Shown here piece after piece: positions 27,951 to 38,543 of a stretch of DNA of 64,000 bases. The notes beneath the pieces are model-generated. The model was not told the origin of the DNA. It made no database searches and worked only from the letters and a program-made list of their open reading frames with translations. The DNA is from a virus, in the IMG/VR virus record IMGVR_UViG_3300027852_000033, positions 1 through 64,000 of that record; one strand, 5' to 3'. Position numbers and translations under genes: made by a program. Positions within the stretch are counted from its first letter, which is position 1, and each line of letters starts with the position of its first letter.

Positions 27951-28000
27951 AATTTTCTCCTCCATTATTAAAAAATATTACTTCATTTGTACTAAAATAC

Positions 28001-28029
28001 ATTATTGTATACTATAATATACCTGTCAA
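28001..28029 (-). promoter_or_regulatory. Possible sigma70-type promoter
   Basis: TTGACA-N17-AATAAT. Confidence 0.4.
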
Positions 28030-28034
28030 GTGAA

Positions 28035-29420
28035 TTATGTATGGTACATAGCTGCTTCATTACCCATCAGTGTCCTAGCATTCATTTGAGCGGATGAGAT
28101 AGCCTCTACTGCTCTTTGTCTTTCAGTAGCAAGCCTTGAATTTTGCAATACCTCGCCACTTCCAAATTCAGTTCCTCCTAATCTGCCCAGAGTTGCAGCG
28201 CCTCTAGTCATAGCTTCTGCTGTAGTTTTATACATTCCTTTAACTAGTTCTGCAGCGAGGGAAACACCTACAAATGCTGTACCGGATACCTTAGCGAATC
28301 TAGCCCATTGGTGTCTTCTCCACATTCCTACAAGGTGATCGGCAGTCATAGTTTTAACTCCTGGGGATGCTAATCTTTCTGCATCTATAACCTTTCTCAT
28401 TACATTATTTAAAACATCTTCCCCGCCACTGACCATCATGGCGCCGGTTCTAGACCTTGTAGTCCATGGGGAAAATTTCCGGGCCCCCTCTCTAGGACTG
28501 ATTAGTTCCTTTGCTAATTCCCATCTTTTTCCCCACTTGGTACTAGCTTTGGTAGATTCTCCTTTTATTATATTCCATGGGGTAATATACCTTTCCTCCT
28601 GGTATTTTATAAATCTTTCCATCATCTCGTTTTTAGTAGCAGCGCCGGAAATCTTTGGCTTGCCCGATATTGCTATAGCTTTATCTATAGGCAAAGGGGC
28701 TTGCCCTATTACATCCTTTGCAAACTTAGTTACTTTAGCGCCAATATTTTTGGGATATGCTGCTACTTTCCTAAATCTATCTGCTCCTGTTGGGGAATAG
28801 CTATACATCCCTCTTATAAATTCATCAGTTAATTTCTCTGCTCCCCCAAGTTTACCTACTGCGGTTGGGTCAATTGTAGATACTAAACTCTCTAATTTTG
28901 ATGGTCGTACTAACCACCGTTCTAATAAAGTAGGACGTATTGTGCCGGTATCCCCTTTTGCTATTCCTTTAAGATTTGATATATCTTTACCCTTGTATAT
29001 CAATCCTTCTCTCATTGTTTTTCTATCCAGGGGTTCCATAACTTTTTGTACATTTTCACCTAGATAGTATCGTATTCTACTTTGCCATCCACGTATAGAA
29101 AACATACTGGTAGATTCTGGGCCTCGTATAGCTCGCCCCATTATACCTTTTACATGGGTTGCTTCATAGTGCCATTTTAACCTCTTACTTGTAAACGGGC
29201 GTTTAAGGCTTGATAATAACCCAAGAGATTTCCCCCCGTAAAAGCCCATCCTTGCCATATTCATATATGCTGTAGCTTTTACTGGAACTGACAGCATATC
29301 AAGAGGAGTAGGGAATATTTCACTATATGTGCTTATCTCATCTAAATTAGGTATATAATACGGGTCACTACGGACTTCAGATAATGAAGACAACATATGC
29401 CCTAATCTTTCGCCTGCCAT
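28035..29420 (-). CDS. Basic putative virion/internal protein
   Basis: C-terminal EFGSG...ATERQRAVEAI..AQMNARTLMGNEAAMYH, recalled from terminase-linked genes of large myoviruses. Confidence 0.5.
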   Translation of the reverse strand: MAGERLGHMLSSLSEVRSDPYYIPNLDEISTYSEIFPTPLDMLSVPVKATAYMNMARMGFYGGKSLGLLSSLKRPFTSKRLKWHYEATHVKGIMGRAIRGPESTSMFSIRGWQSRIRYYLGENVQKVMEPLDRKTMREGLIYKGKDISNLKGIAKGDTGTIRPTLLERWLVRPSKLESLVSTIDPTAVGKLGGAEKLTDEFIRGMYSYSPTGADRFRKVAAYPKNIGAKVTKFAKDVIGQAPLPIDKAIAISGKPKISGAATKNEMMERFIKYQEERYITPWNIIKGESTKASTKWGKRWELAKELISPREGARKFSPWTTRSRTGAMMVSGGEDVLNNVMRKVIDAERLASPGVKTMTADHLVGMWRRHQWARFAKVSGTAFVGVSLAAELVKGMYKTTAEAMTRGAATLGRLGGTEFGSGEVLQNSRLATERQRAVEAISSAQMNARTLMGNEAAMYHT

Positions 29421-29893
29421 TATTTTCTCCTGAAATTAAATCGCATACCCTCTATTCCTGCGGGGCCACCGCCACCTGTTCTTACTCCGAATCTACCTGA
29501 TGTACTAGGATATGCGGTATTAGGTAATATTGATTTTAATATATTCATCCTTGATTTTTCCAGCCACATTGTGCCTTTCATCCCTAATCCTGCAGTTACG
29601 GCTGCCGCACCTATCCCAACCCCAGCATATCCTCCTGCTTTTGACACGCCGCGTTTTAAAGTCCCAAGCGCGGCTATTCCATGGGAGGCAAAACCAGTTT
29701 CGGGATTGAGACCTTTCCCGAATTGTTTTTTCCCTAAACTTGCATTCCTCATATTAAACGCTTTTTCGCTATTTGTAGTATACCTATGAGTATTTTTTGT
29801 TCTACGGTCCCAGGTCATAGTTCCAAATCTATTTGCAGCGCCATAATATGGACTGATACGTTTATATGATTTATTTACATTTCTGTTTGTCAT
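29420..29893 (-). CDS. Basic Gly-rich protein with one hydrophobic segment
   Basis: GGYAGVGIGAAAVTAGLG. Confidence 0.6.
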   Translation of the reverse strand: MTNRNVNKSYKRISPYYGAANRFGTMTWDRRTKNTHRYTTNSEKAFNMRNASLGKKQFGKGLNPETGFASHGIAALGTLKRGVSKAGGYAGVGIGAAAVTAGLGMKGTMWLEKSRMNILKSILPNTAYPSTSGRFGVRTGGGGPAGIEGMRFNFRRK

Positions 29894-29897
29894 GATA

Positions 29898-30356
29898 TTA
29901 TGCCTTTATATTAGATATATTCAACGTTTCTCTATAACTATCAAGATCGGCTATCCCTGCACAAAACCATTTAGATCTATCGTAATTAGAATGCTGGGAT
30001 AATGTAACGTCTATAAATTGTTCTTTTAATTGACCTAATAACCATATCAAACTAGATATTTGTTTGTCTGTAAAATCTCCGGATTTACCTACCAAACAAA
30101 CTCCAACTGATCTATTATGTCCTCTAACATGAGCCCCTTGTTCACTTATTTCAAAAGTATGATCATCATCTAATGGCCTTCCTGATTCTATTTGCCCATC
30201 AAATAAATTATTGTAATGTCTTGTGTCTAATTGCCCATTCAGTATAACATAATGATAGCCTATAGTATCAAACCCTCGTTCCAAATGCCATTTTGTGATT
30301 AGTGCTGCATTTCCATACCCTGAATCTGAACAATGTAATATAATGTCTACTGCCAT
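29898..30356 (-). CDS. N-acetylmuramoyl-L-alanine amidase (Amidase_2, T7-lysozyme-like endolysin)
   Basis: IILHCS, WH..RGF..IGYHYVI, GAHVRGHN, H......K..C. Confidence 0.9.
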   Translation of the reverse strand: MAVDIILHCSDSGYGNAALITKWHLERGFDTIGYHYVILNGQLDTRHYNNLFDGQIESGRPLDDDHTFEISEQGAHVRGHNRSVGVCLVGKSGDFTDKQISSLIWLLGQLKEQFIDVTLSQHSNYDRSKWFCAGIADLDSYRETLNISNIKA

Positions 30357-30447
30357 AATAATTAATCCCCCTTCATATTTGTTATCTAGTGGCAAATATC
30401 AATAATATTTGATACTATTAGTTTATATTACAAAAGGAAAATATACA

Positions 30448-32133
30448 ATGGGAAAGCGATTTGATCCAGATACATTATCTAAAATATTAGCATTAGTTTC
30501 AACACCGGAGGAAAAACAACTAATACTCGAAGCTGATGATCCTGTACTATGGGCAGAAAGGCATTTGTTTGATCCGGATACAGGATTGGAAAAGTTTAAA
30601 TGTAAAGAATTATTTGCTAGTGTTCTTAAAGATGGAAGAAAAGATAGAGCAGTACGGGCAGGTAGGCAAATAGGAAAATCAGTTTCAATGACCGTAGATC
30701 TTATGCATACGGCAATCATGAATAGTAACACTACTATCCTAGTATTCACTACTGAGAAAAAAATGATGAATAGAATACTAGAGATCATGAATAATTTACT
30801 AAATGGCTCTGATATTAACGGTTCATTCCGTATGGGTAAAAAACCTAAAAAAACAAAAGGAGCGATAGAACCAGAGTATGATTATGAAATAAATGTATCA
30901 AATGATTCAGCAATACGGTTTTTCTTTATGTCACAAAAACCAGATAAGGCCAGGGGGCAAACTGGTAATTATATATATTTAGATGAAACTGCATATTTAC
31001 CGGAAAAAGCATTTCCAGTAATAACCGGTATATTAAAAGCTAGTCCAAAAATTAAAATGTGGGCAAGTTCTACTCCAGTTGGAATAGAAGGGGATTGGTT
31101 CCAGGAATATTGTACACGATGTGCAGATCCTGAATCCATAGATAGTGTAGAATATCATCTTCCCAGCACATTAGAGAAAAACTGGCCAGAGGTAGAAGCA
31201 AGGTTAAGAGAGGTTATATTCGATGATGCAACTTGGGTCCTTGAGGTATTAGCAGAATGGGCAGAAGCAAAGGGGGCAGTGTATAAAAAGGAAAATATAA
31301 ACAATGCACTAGAACGATCTATAATACATAACATATATGTTACTTACAGTGATATATACGAAATGGCAGAATACCAAAACGCTGATAAATTTCTTGGGGT
31401 GGATTGGAATAATCCACAGAATGGGGTAAGGATATTAGAAATTTCTGAAATGTTTGGTGGAATATGGATAACCAGGAATGAAAAAATAGCACTTGAAAAT
31501 TATACTCAATTAACTGCGGTTAAAAGGATAATGGATTTACATAGTGCTAATAATTACAAAATGTTATCAGTTGATGCAGGATTCGGGGATACGCAAGTAG
31601 AAATGATTCTGAAATCTTTAATAGCATCAGGACAAGACCCCGCTAAAGTACTAAATATCGTTGATTCTGCTTCTAAAGAAGAAATTGAAATAATATACAC
31701 TTCACCGGAAACCGGGGCCAGGAAAAAAGAGAAAATTAAGGTTCGTGTTAAGACAAAAATTATAGGATTGCTCTCTAACTATTTAGAAGGTATTTTTGTT
31801 ATATTAAAAGAAGAACAAGGTAAACAGGGTATTGTCCGGGAAATAAGCAACTTTCGTAGAAAATCAACTGCTAGAGATGGTGGATTTATATATACCGAAA
31901 ATGTACATTCCTTAACCGCCCTTCAATATTGTATACATGGGCATGATAAATACCTAAAATTAGGTAACAAAACAAAACAAAGTAGTAGTATAATATTAAC
32001 AGAGACACTATCTAAAATATTAACAAACGGTGATCCCGAGAAAATTGGGAAAACCGCACCTAAAATGGCATTAGCTTTACGCTCAAATAAGCGAACAATG
32101 GGACTATATGGAACGAGAAGATCTATTTTATAA
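30448..32133 (+). CDS. terL: Terminase large subunit
   Basis: Walker A GRQIGKS, Walker B YIYLDE, SSTP coupling motif, nuclease FLGVDW and VDAGFG. Confidence 0.9.
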   Translation: MGKRFDPDTLSKILALVSTPEEKQLILEADDPVLWAERHLFDPDTGLEKFKCKELFASVLKDGRKDRAVRAGRQIGKSVSMTVDLMHTAIMNSNTTILVFTTEKKMMNRILEIMNNLLNGSDINGSFRMGKKPKKTKGAIEPEYDYEINVSNDSAIRFFFMSQKPDKARGQTGNYIYLDETAYLPEKAFPVITGILKASPKIKMWASSTPVGIEGDWFQEYCTRCADPESIDSVEYHLPSTLEKNWPEVEARLREVIFDDATWVLEVLAEWAEAKGAVYKKENINNALERSIIHNIYVTYSDIYEMAEYQNADKFLGVDWNNPQNGVRILEISEMFGGIWITRNEKIALENYTQLTAVKRIMDLHSANNYKMLSVDAGFGDTQVEMILKSLIASGQDPAKVLNIVDSASKEEIEIIYTSPETGARKKEKIKVRVKTKIIGLLSNYLEGIFVILKEEQGKQGIVREISNFRRKSTARDGGFIYTENVHSLTALQYCIHGHDKYLKLGNKTKQSSSIILTETLSKILTNGDPEKIGKTAPKMALALRSNKRTMGLYGTRRSIL

Positions 32134-34726
32134 ACCAAGTATAGCTAAACCAGAGAGGGATATATCTTATACACACATAGATCCATCCAAAGATATAGAC
32201 CGCCAAAATCTTGCTTATCGGTTAAATGTATCAGTGGAGGATATCCCAAGTAATCCTTTTATTAGTATGATAGATAGGTTTAAAGAACTTGAGACTATAG
32301 CAAGAGAATTAAAAGACAGATCTATATTTTTATTAGATAAAACTATAAGAGATTTAGACGGATATGTAGGAGAAGCTCCACCTCATATATTAAAATATAT
32401 AGAGGATTTGACAGGTATATCATTTAAACAGCCTCAACTTCCTATTGAGGATGATTTACAAGATAATGTACCATATTCTACTACCCCACCTGTAATTATT
32501 CCTTCTACTGATGCAAAGTTTACACTATCTGAAGATACATTAACTTGTATTTTCAGAGCCGCAGGTTTTTTTGACCCCGATAGTGTTGATGATGATATTC
32601 AACAACCGGTCAAAGATTTTGATTCCGAAGGATTAAAAAAGGCCATGAACGATAAAATAAAGGATTCATTTCTTGATCCTATATCTATTGGTCTTAAATT
32701 ATTAATTATTGTACTAAAAATGGCACATGTTATTGCCGTTCATTATACTATAGGATATCTATGCGGGTTTATAAAAAAGTGGAAACTAAAATTCAAGGTT
32801 CCCGGGAAGAAGATAAAGATTAAGATAGGAAAAAAGATATCCAAAAAAGTATTCAAACCATTCGAGAAAAAGCTACTTAAAGTAGTTGGTTATAAATGTA
32901 ATGCTGAAGGAGAAGATATTCCTGATTGTGAACCGCCTATCGGAGAAGGTATAGATTTTAAAGTAGTAAACTGTTGTACCATGCGGCCAATATTTTTCGG
33001 ATCTGATGCGGTTACCGGAGTCCCTAGTTTTACAATGTCCAAATGTTTTGAACAATGGATAGATGAAGAAACCAATCCAGGACATGTCAATAATGGACTA
33101 ATCTGTAGTGCCAAAAACGCAGATGATACTGATAGAAAAGCCACTCCCGAGGAAAAAGCAAAAGCAAAGGAGGTGGCAAATTATATACTGAATGGAAAAA
33201 GCTCGACAGGGGTTTGTAGTCCGTCAGATGTCTATCCCCTATCTAAAGCAATAGATGGCTCTAGTTCTGCAATAGAAATGTCAACTTCTGCCCAAGATGT
33301 GCTTACCGTATCCCTATCTGACTCTGAAAATACTTCAAAAAGTGGCAGATGGGACTGTTTTGGTTTAGCAATTCCTAGCTCTGCAGGTGCAGATCAAGCT
33401 GATCTTGCAAAAAAAGTGAATGATGCGTCAGGTAGATGGATGGACGGAGATGATAAAACCGGATGGTTTATGGGGGGAGTAGATATAATCGAAGATGGCA
33501 CATATCTATTTGAATATCTTAAAGGAGTAGATACAGCTATAGTTAATGTATTAAAGCTTGCAGATAAGGTAGTTATAGGAGCTGCTAATTTATCAAAATG
33601 GGGAACATCAAGGCAATTATGCTGTTGGGTATATTTGATGGTAATACTTTCATCTATGGTTTCTAATATTATAAAAAAAAGATCAGTATGCCCTGACATA
33701 AAATTTGCAGATGCGTTTAGGGAGGAAATGAGGTGGGCCTCAAATATTCAGGATAGCAAAGATGTACAAAGGTTTGTGAAAATATTAGAAGTATTGAAAC
33801 AAATTATAGATGTATTCAGAAAACAGATGGACAGATCAATATTCCTTGCCGGTCTTACCCTGCCTCTAAAAGAGATGTGGGAACTTATCAAAATGACAAT
33901 ATCTAATGGTATAGCCCAATATCTTGATACTATATTCAGCCCAATAAATGTTGCTCTTGATAGTGTAACAGAAATACCTGAGGTAAAATCACTTATAGTC
34001 AATGACTGTTTTGGTGCTGATAAATTGTTTAGTTTTTTGAAATGTCTACTTGGAAATTTGAAATATGGAATGGTTAATTGGGTAGGACAATTTATGGACT
34101 TTACCATAAAAGACTTTGTGTTAATAAATGATATATATCTATCGCGTAGTAGATTAGTAATGCTAGATTCCTTATCTGAATTGTTAGATAATATGATCAA
34201 TATGATCCTTGGTTTAGCAGATTGTTATGAACCTAGAGATTTACCTGACCAAATAGTAGATAAACAATTACTGATTCAGCGTAGAAAAGTCAAATTATTT
34301 AGAGAAGTAGCAGGTACTACAGAGGGCGTTACAAGGTATGATGAGTGTTCTAAATCAATTATGGGGCAAGAATTTATTCCAAATGAGAAAGAGATAGCCG
34401 AAATAGACAGTACACAAGGTGGATTATCGGCATCATTTGGGGATATTGGAAATGTGGCTTTAAATATAATGAAATCGGAGGTCACAGTTGAGTCTGGTAT
34501 ATCTGATAGAGAACAAATATATGATCCTTCTGATGCAAGTAGTATAATAGATAACATGATAACTTCTTCATTTGCTCCTATGGAATTATCGAAATTCCTT
34601 GACGAAGATGGAGAAGTAGTTCTCCCAGCAGAATTTGTAAAGATAGTTGAACAAATGACAGGGGTAAAAGATGGTGAAATTAGAGAATCAATGCGCCATA
34701 TTTTTGATACGATTAAAGAGGGATAA
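32108..34726 (+). CDS. 872-aa Cys-rich hypothetical protein between terL and portal
   Basis: Long ORF overlapping terL. Confidence 0.7.
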   Translation: MEREDLFYKPSIAKPERDISYTHIDPSKDIDRQNLAYRLNVSVEDIPSNPFISMIDRFKELETIARELKDRSIFLLDKTIRDLDGYVGEAPPHILKYIEDLTGISFKQPQLPIEDDLQDNVPYSTTPPVIIPSTDAKFTLSEDTLTCIFRAAGFFDPDSVDDDIQQPVKDFDSEGLKKAMNDKIKDSFLDPISIGLKLLIIVLKMAHVIAVHYTIGYLCGFIKKWKLKFKVPGKKIKIKIGKKISKKVFKPFEKKLLKVVGYKCNAEGEDIPDCEPPIGEGIDFKVVNCCTMRPIFFGSDAVTGVPSFTMSKCFEQWIDEETNPGHVNNGLICSAKNADDTDRKATPEEKAKAKEVANYILNGKSSTGVCSPSDVYPLSKAIDGSSSAIEMSTSAQDVLTVSLSDSENTSKSGRWDCFGLAIPSSAGADQADLAKKVNDASGRWMDGDDKTGWFMGGVDIIEDGTYLFEYLKGVDTAIVNVLKLADKVVIGAANLSKWGTSRQLCCWVYLMVILSSMVSNIIKKRSVCPDIKFADAFREEMRWASNIQDSKDVQRFVKILEVLKQIIDVFRKQMDRSIFLAGLTLPLKEMWELIKMTISNGIAQYLDTIFSPINVALDSVTEIPEVKSLIVNDCFGADKLFSFLKCLLGNLKYGMVNWVGQFMDFTIKDFVLINDIYLSRSRLVMLDSLSELLDNMINMILGLADCYEPRDLPDQIVDKQLLIQRRKVKLFREVAGTTEGVTRYDECSKSIMGQEFIPNEKEIAEIDSTQGGLSASFGDIGNVALNIMKSEVTVESGISDREQIYDPSDASSIIDNMITSSFAPMELSKFLDEDGEVVLPAEFVKIVEQMTGVKDGEIRESMRHIFDTIKEG

Positions 34727-34728
34727 TA

Positions 34729-36306
34729 ATGAACATAAATAATATAAAAGAATCCATAATTAGTAGACGACTTGGAAAATTACGAGCAGATGCTATTACA
34801 GAGGGCGCTAACGGAATAATCAAAAATTTATCGATAATTGAGGAATCAAACGTGCTAAATTCTGATGGGAGCACTACTAACCCAATATTATCGTCCCGGT
34901 TATATTCTCATAAAAAAAAGAAGATACACGAATTTGAAAAATATATTACAGAGCGGCGATTACGATATAGAACTCAATATAATAATACAGTTCTAGTGTC
35001 ATCAAGATATTCATATGAGAAAGTAGATACGTTTTTCAATAGTGAATCATATTTTTCAAGGTCAGTAAGTAGACAAGTAGAAACTACATTAAGAAATGGA
35101 TTCAGGTTTGTATCTGATAATTCTGAAATGTCTGCCGAGGTTAGGAAAGAGCTTACTATGTTACAGGTTACATCCCGTAGATTATTACATCAAATTATAT
35201 CAAGAATGATAGGTGATATATTAAAATATGGTATAACCATTATAGAAAAGGTACGTAAAAGAATACCAGATAATTCTGAAGACGATGTTTCTTCCAGATT
35301 AGCTAATTTACGTTCAATACCTCCACACAAAACATATTTTCACGTAGATAAAGATGGAGTAATACGAGCAGTGCAAAATCATAATCTGACTTTGCGTAAC
35401 AGATTATCTCTGCGTAGAGGAATACTTGATAATATAGGTTTAATACCAATAAAATCAATAGCACTTGGGGTAATGACAGATGCAGGGGATGATATATATC
35501 CTCCGCCTCCTTGTTTTCAAATGCTTAATGATATATTATCATTAAGATCTTTGGAAGAAACTATTGAAATGATAGGATTTCAGTTCGGTTCACCGTTATT
35601 ACATAGTAAGGTAGGATCAGATGACAATCCTGCACAACCTGGAGAAGTTAATGATGTTCATAATGATATAGTTAGTATGGCAGCTAATGGGATGATAACT
35701 ACAGACAATAGAGTTGAAATAACTGCAGTTAATTTGCAAAGCGCTGTACCCGATCTAATGCCGTTTATTGCACATTTTAAAAACAGAGTACTAGTAGGAA
35801 GTGGATCATCTTCAGTATCTGTTGGAGAATTAGATACAAGTAACCGTGCAACTAGTGAATCTATGGATAATGCAATGGGAGATCATTGTACTTATGTAGC
35901 CGATATAGTATGTAATCTATTTACCTACGATATTATTCCGGATATACTCATAAATAGTTATGGATATAAGCCTGACGAAATAATTGATGAATCTGGTGAG
36001 ATGATAGTTAAACTAGAATTTAATGAAATGAGTATAGAAAAACTGATATCAAAAGTAAATAACATAACCAATTTGTATCAGTCAAACTTGTTAACTTTAC
36101 CAGAAGCCAGACGAAGGTTAAAAGAGGTACCATTAGTTAAAAGTAATGAAAAAGATCTATATCTTAATAAAGTTCAAATACCTCTGGCTAATGCTAAGAA
36201 GGCTAAATCTACAGCACCTGATAGTAAAATTGCATCATTAAATCAACCATCTAACCAGTATGGCAAGAAATCCGGGCCTGGTTCATCTAAGGATAGTATA
36301 CAATAG
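34729..36306 (+). CDS. Portal protein
   Basis: Position; P...ML.DI..LR..EE, P.LH.KVG, G...TD.R..I, L....EAR..L pattern. Confidence 0.75.
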   Translation: MNINNIKESIISRRLGKLRADAITEGANGIIKNLSIIEESNVLNSDGSTTNPILSSRLYSHKKKKIHEFEKYITERRLRYRTQYNNTVLVSSRYSYEKVDTFFNSESYFSRSVSRQVETTLRNGFRFVSDNSEMSAEVRKELTMLQVTSRRLLHQIISRMIGDILKYGITIIEKVRKRIPDNSEDDVSSRLANLRSIPPHKTYFHVDKDGVIRAVQNHNLTLRNRLSLRRGILDNIGLIPIKSIALGVMTDAGDDIYPPPPCFQMLNDILSLRSLEETIEMIGFQFGSPLLHSKVGSDDNPAQPGEVNDVHNDIVSMAANGMITTDNRVEITAVNLQSAVPDLMPFIAHFKNRVLVGSGSSSVSVGELDTSNRATSESMDNAMGDHCTYVADIVCNLFTYDIIPDILINSYGYKPDEIIDESGEMIVKLEFNEMSIEKLISKVNNITNLYQSNLLTLPEARRRLKEVPLVKSNEKDLYLNKVQIPLANAKKAKSTAPDSKIASLNQPSNQYGKKSGPGSSKDSIQ

Positions 36307-36329
36307 TATTCATAAAGGAGGTATATAAC

Positions 36330-36836
36330 ATGCCTGAAAAAACTGATATAGATATAAACGAAAGAAAACTAACTACCAAGAAAAGGAAGGCACTTCCTTC
36401 CTCCAGTTTTTGCGGACCCAACAGGTCATTCCCCTGTCATGATTGTAATCATGTTCGATTTGCTTTGTCTGCTTTAGGTCGATATAAAGGTCCCGGTAAC
36501 AAAGCAACTATTCGTGCTTGTATATATAGAAAAGCTAGAGAAATGAATTGTTTCAAGACCGGAAAAGGTGCAAAGAAAAGTTCAGAAACCGAAAGTTGGG
36601 ATGAATCTATGTTGGATATACAAAGAGAAGCTGATTTTATGCCGGCTATATTAACTATTGTTAATAATTATAATAACCAAACTGTAAATCCTCAACAAAC
36701 TTTCTCTGATCTTATTACACTTTGTTTAACCGCTGATATAAGTAGTACAGAAATGGCAGAAATAGTCGAAGTTTGGTACTACATGGATGTTGAAAAGGCA
36801 TGTGATAAACTGATAGAAATTATAACAAATGACTAG
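36330..36836 (+). CDS. Head-associated protein (DUF6582-like)
   Basis: R.ALP.S.FCGP.RSFP..D..HV..AL. Confidence 0.55.
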   Translation: MPEKTDIDINERKLTTKKRKALPSSSFCGPNRSFPCHDCNHVRFALSALGRYKGPGNKATIRACIYRKAREMNCFKTGKGAKKSSETESWDESMLDIQREADFMPAILTIVNNYNNQTVNPQQTFSDLITLCLTADISSTEMAEIVEVWYYMDVEKACDKLIEIITND

Positions 36837-36972
36837 TTTTAGTATTTATATAAATCCAGTGGTAATAGTTCACATATAATAGTAAAATTATATAGGTGTA
36901 GAGTATTTGTATATTTTATACTTAAATTTGATAATAAATGTTGACTAATATATCACCCCAAGGGAGAAAGTG

Positions 36973-38499
36973 ATGAAATTAAGCATAATCAATTATGGCA
37001 CTGAGGTTAACACCCCAACCAATGTTAAGAGAGAGGATGACGGCATAATACGCAAACTTAGGGATATAACAACCGAACAGAATATGGGAAAGGGGGCAAT
37101 GCTAGTATCTGAGGTTATGCATACCGGATTAGGTAATTTAAACCTGAGACGATATAGGAAAGAAAAAATAGGCAAATCGGTAGAAACATTTTATACTCCC
37201 TATTTTACTCCATTCTTAATGCACCACGAATATGGCGGCGGAGGTTTCTTTTCCGATGGAGATGCTACATTAGTAGCAGTTGGTACCAATATTTACGCAA
37301 AGCATTTTGCTAAAGCCATGGAGACTCCAGTTGGTTTAGCAGATGGATACGTTAAAGTAGGTACTTTTATTAGTGAAAATGCAACGATAAAGGATCAATC
37401 TGTTATTGATCTTATACAAGCAAGAAGATTGATGACTCTTTCTATTGGTTGTAAAGTATCAGATGAAGATTATAGATGTTCAATATGTGGCAATACAAGA
37501 GCCGACGAGGAGAGTTGCGAGCATAGAGCAGGAGAACAATATGATGGAGTAACATGTTATCATGATGTATATAATCCATGGTTCAAAGAATATTCGGCAG
37601 TATATATGCCTTCAGATATAAATGCAGTAATTCGTAGAATGGACGTAGAGGAAGGAGAAGGGAATACCAATGAAGAAAGTATAATTGATCAACAGCCTAG
37701 TATAGGAAATATTCAATTATACGAAACTGCAGGGAAAATATTTGCGTCTGGTGGAGTTGTTCCTAACAAGCCACAGGATAATAACAGTAAACCTTGTATT
37801 ACAGATACTAATACAGATAATGATCTTTATGCGGAGGTAAATAACATGGGTAATAAATCTATTACTGATTTGATTACACAGATTCAAGAACTAAACAACA
37901 ATATTTCTAAAAATATGGAAAATGCAGACAGGAGTAATCGAATCGTAGAAGCATTATCAGTAGCTCTCAGATATAATATAGAGTCAAATATTTCCAAACC
38001 AGATATGGATAATATCGATGATACCTCTCAAAATACTGATGAAAATACAACTAATAATGATATTGATAATCCGGCTACCCCAGATAGTCCAGATAGTTCA
38101 GCCATTATAGATAATCAAGAGGATATAGATAATCCAGATACCAAAGACGATAATTCAAATAATAATAATGATAGTACTGATAATAATGATGATCCTGGCG
38201 ATCCCGACAGTAATACAGATAGTAATTCAGGTGATGATACAAATAGTAATAAAGATAGTAATTCCAATACAATAAAAGCAGATATTACCACTACCGATGG
38301 TAGTGATACAACCAATGATGCAGATACTTCTGTTAATTCAGATGTATCTACCGATGAGAGCGGTGATAATATTGGCGCCCAACCGGAAGAAAGGGTTAGA
38401 ATAGGATCTATAGCAAAAGGAAAAACTAATAGCGCGTCTAGATCCTTTACAAGAAAACCGTTTCGACTAACTTCTATATCGGATATAGCAAATCAATAA
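36973..38499 (+). CDS. Prohead protease with acidic scaffold-like C-terminus
   Basis: NLN.R.Y, PFLMHH, TLSIG, CSICG...C.H, F.EYSAV..PSD; D/N-rich tail. Confidence 0.8.
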   Translation: MKLSIINYGTEVNTPTNVKREDDGIIRKLRDITTEQNMGKGAMLVSEVMHTGLGNLNLRRYRKEKIGKSVETFYTPYFTPFLMHHEYGGGGFFSDGDATLVAVGTNIYAKHFAKAMETPVGLADGYVKVGTFISENATIKDQSVIDLIQARRLMTLSIGCKVSDEDYRCSICGNTRADEESCEHRAGEQYDGVTCYHDVYNPWFKEYSAVYMPSDINAVIRRMDVEEGEGNTNEESIIDQQPSIGNIQLYETAGKIFASGGVVPNKPQDNNSKPCITDTNTDNDLYAEVNNMGNKSITDLITQIQELNNNISKNMENADRSNRIVEALSVALRYNIESNISKPDMDNIDDTSQNTDENTTNNDIDNPATPDSPDSSAIIDNQEDIDNPDTKDDNSNNNNDSTDNNDDPGDPDSNTDSNSGDDTNSNKDSNSNTIKADITTTDGSDTTNDADTSVNSDVSTDESGDNIGAQPEERVRIGSIAKGKTNSASRSFTRKPFRLTSISDIANQ

Positions 38500-38543
38500 T
38501 GCTATTCTGATATAAAAACAGAAATACAAAATGAGGTAAAACA

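Noticed and set aside
38000-38380. Low-complexity GAT/AAT repeats as a separate element
   Set aside because: Explained by the Asp/Asn-rich scaffold-like tail of the prohead protease.
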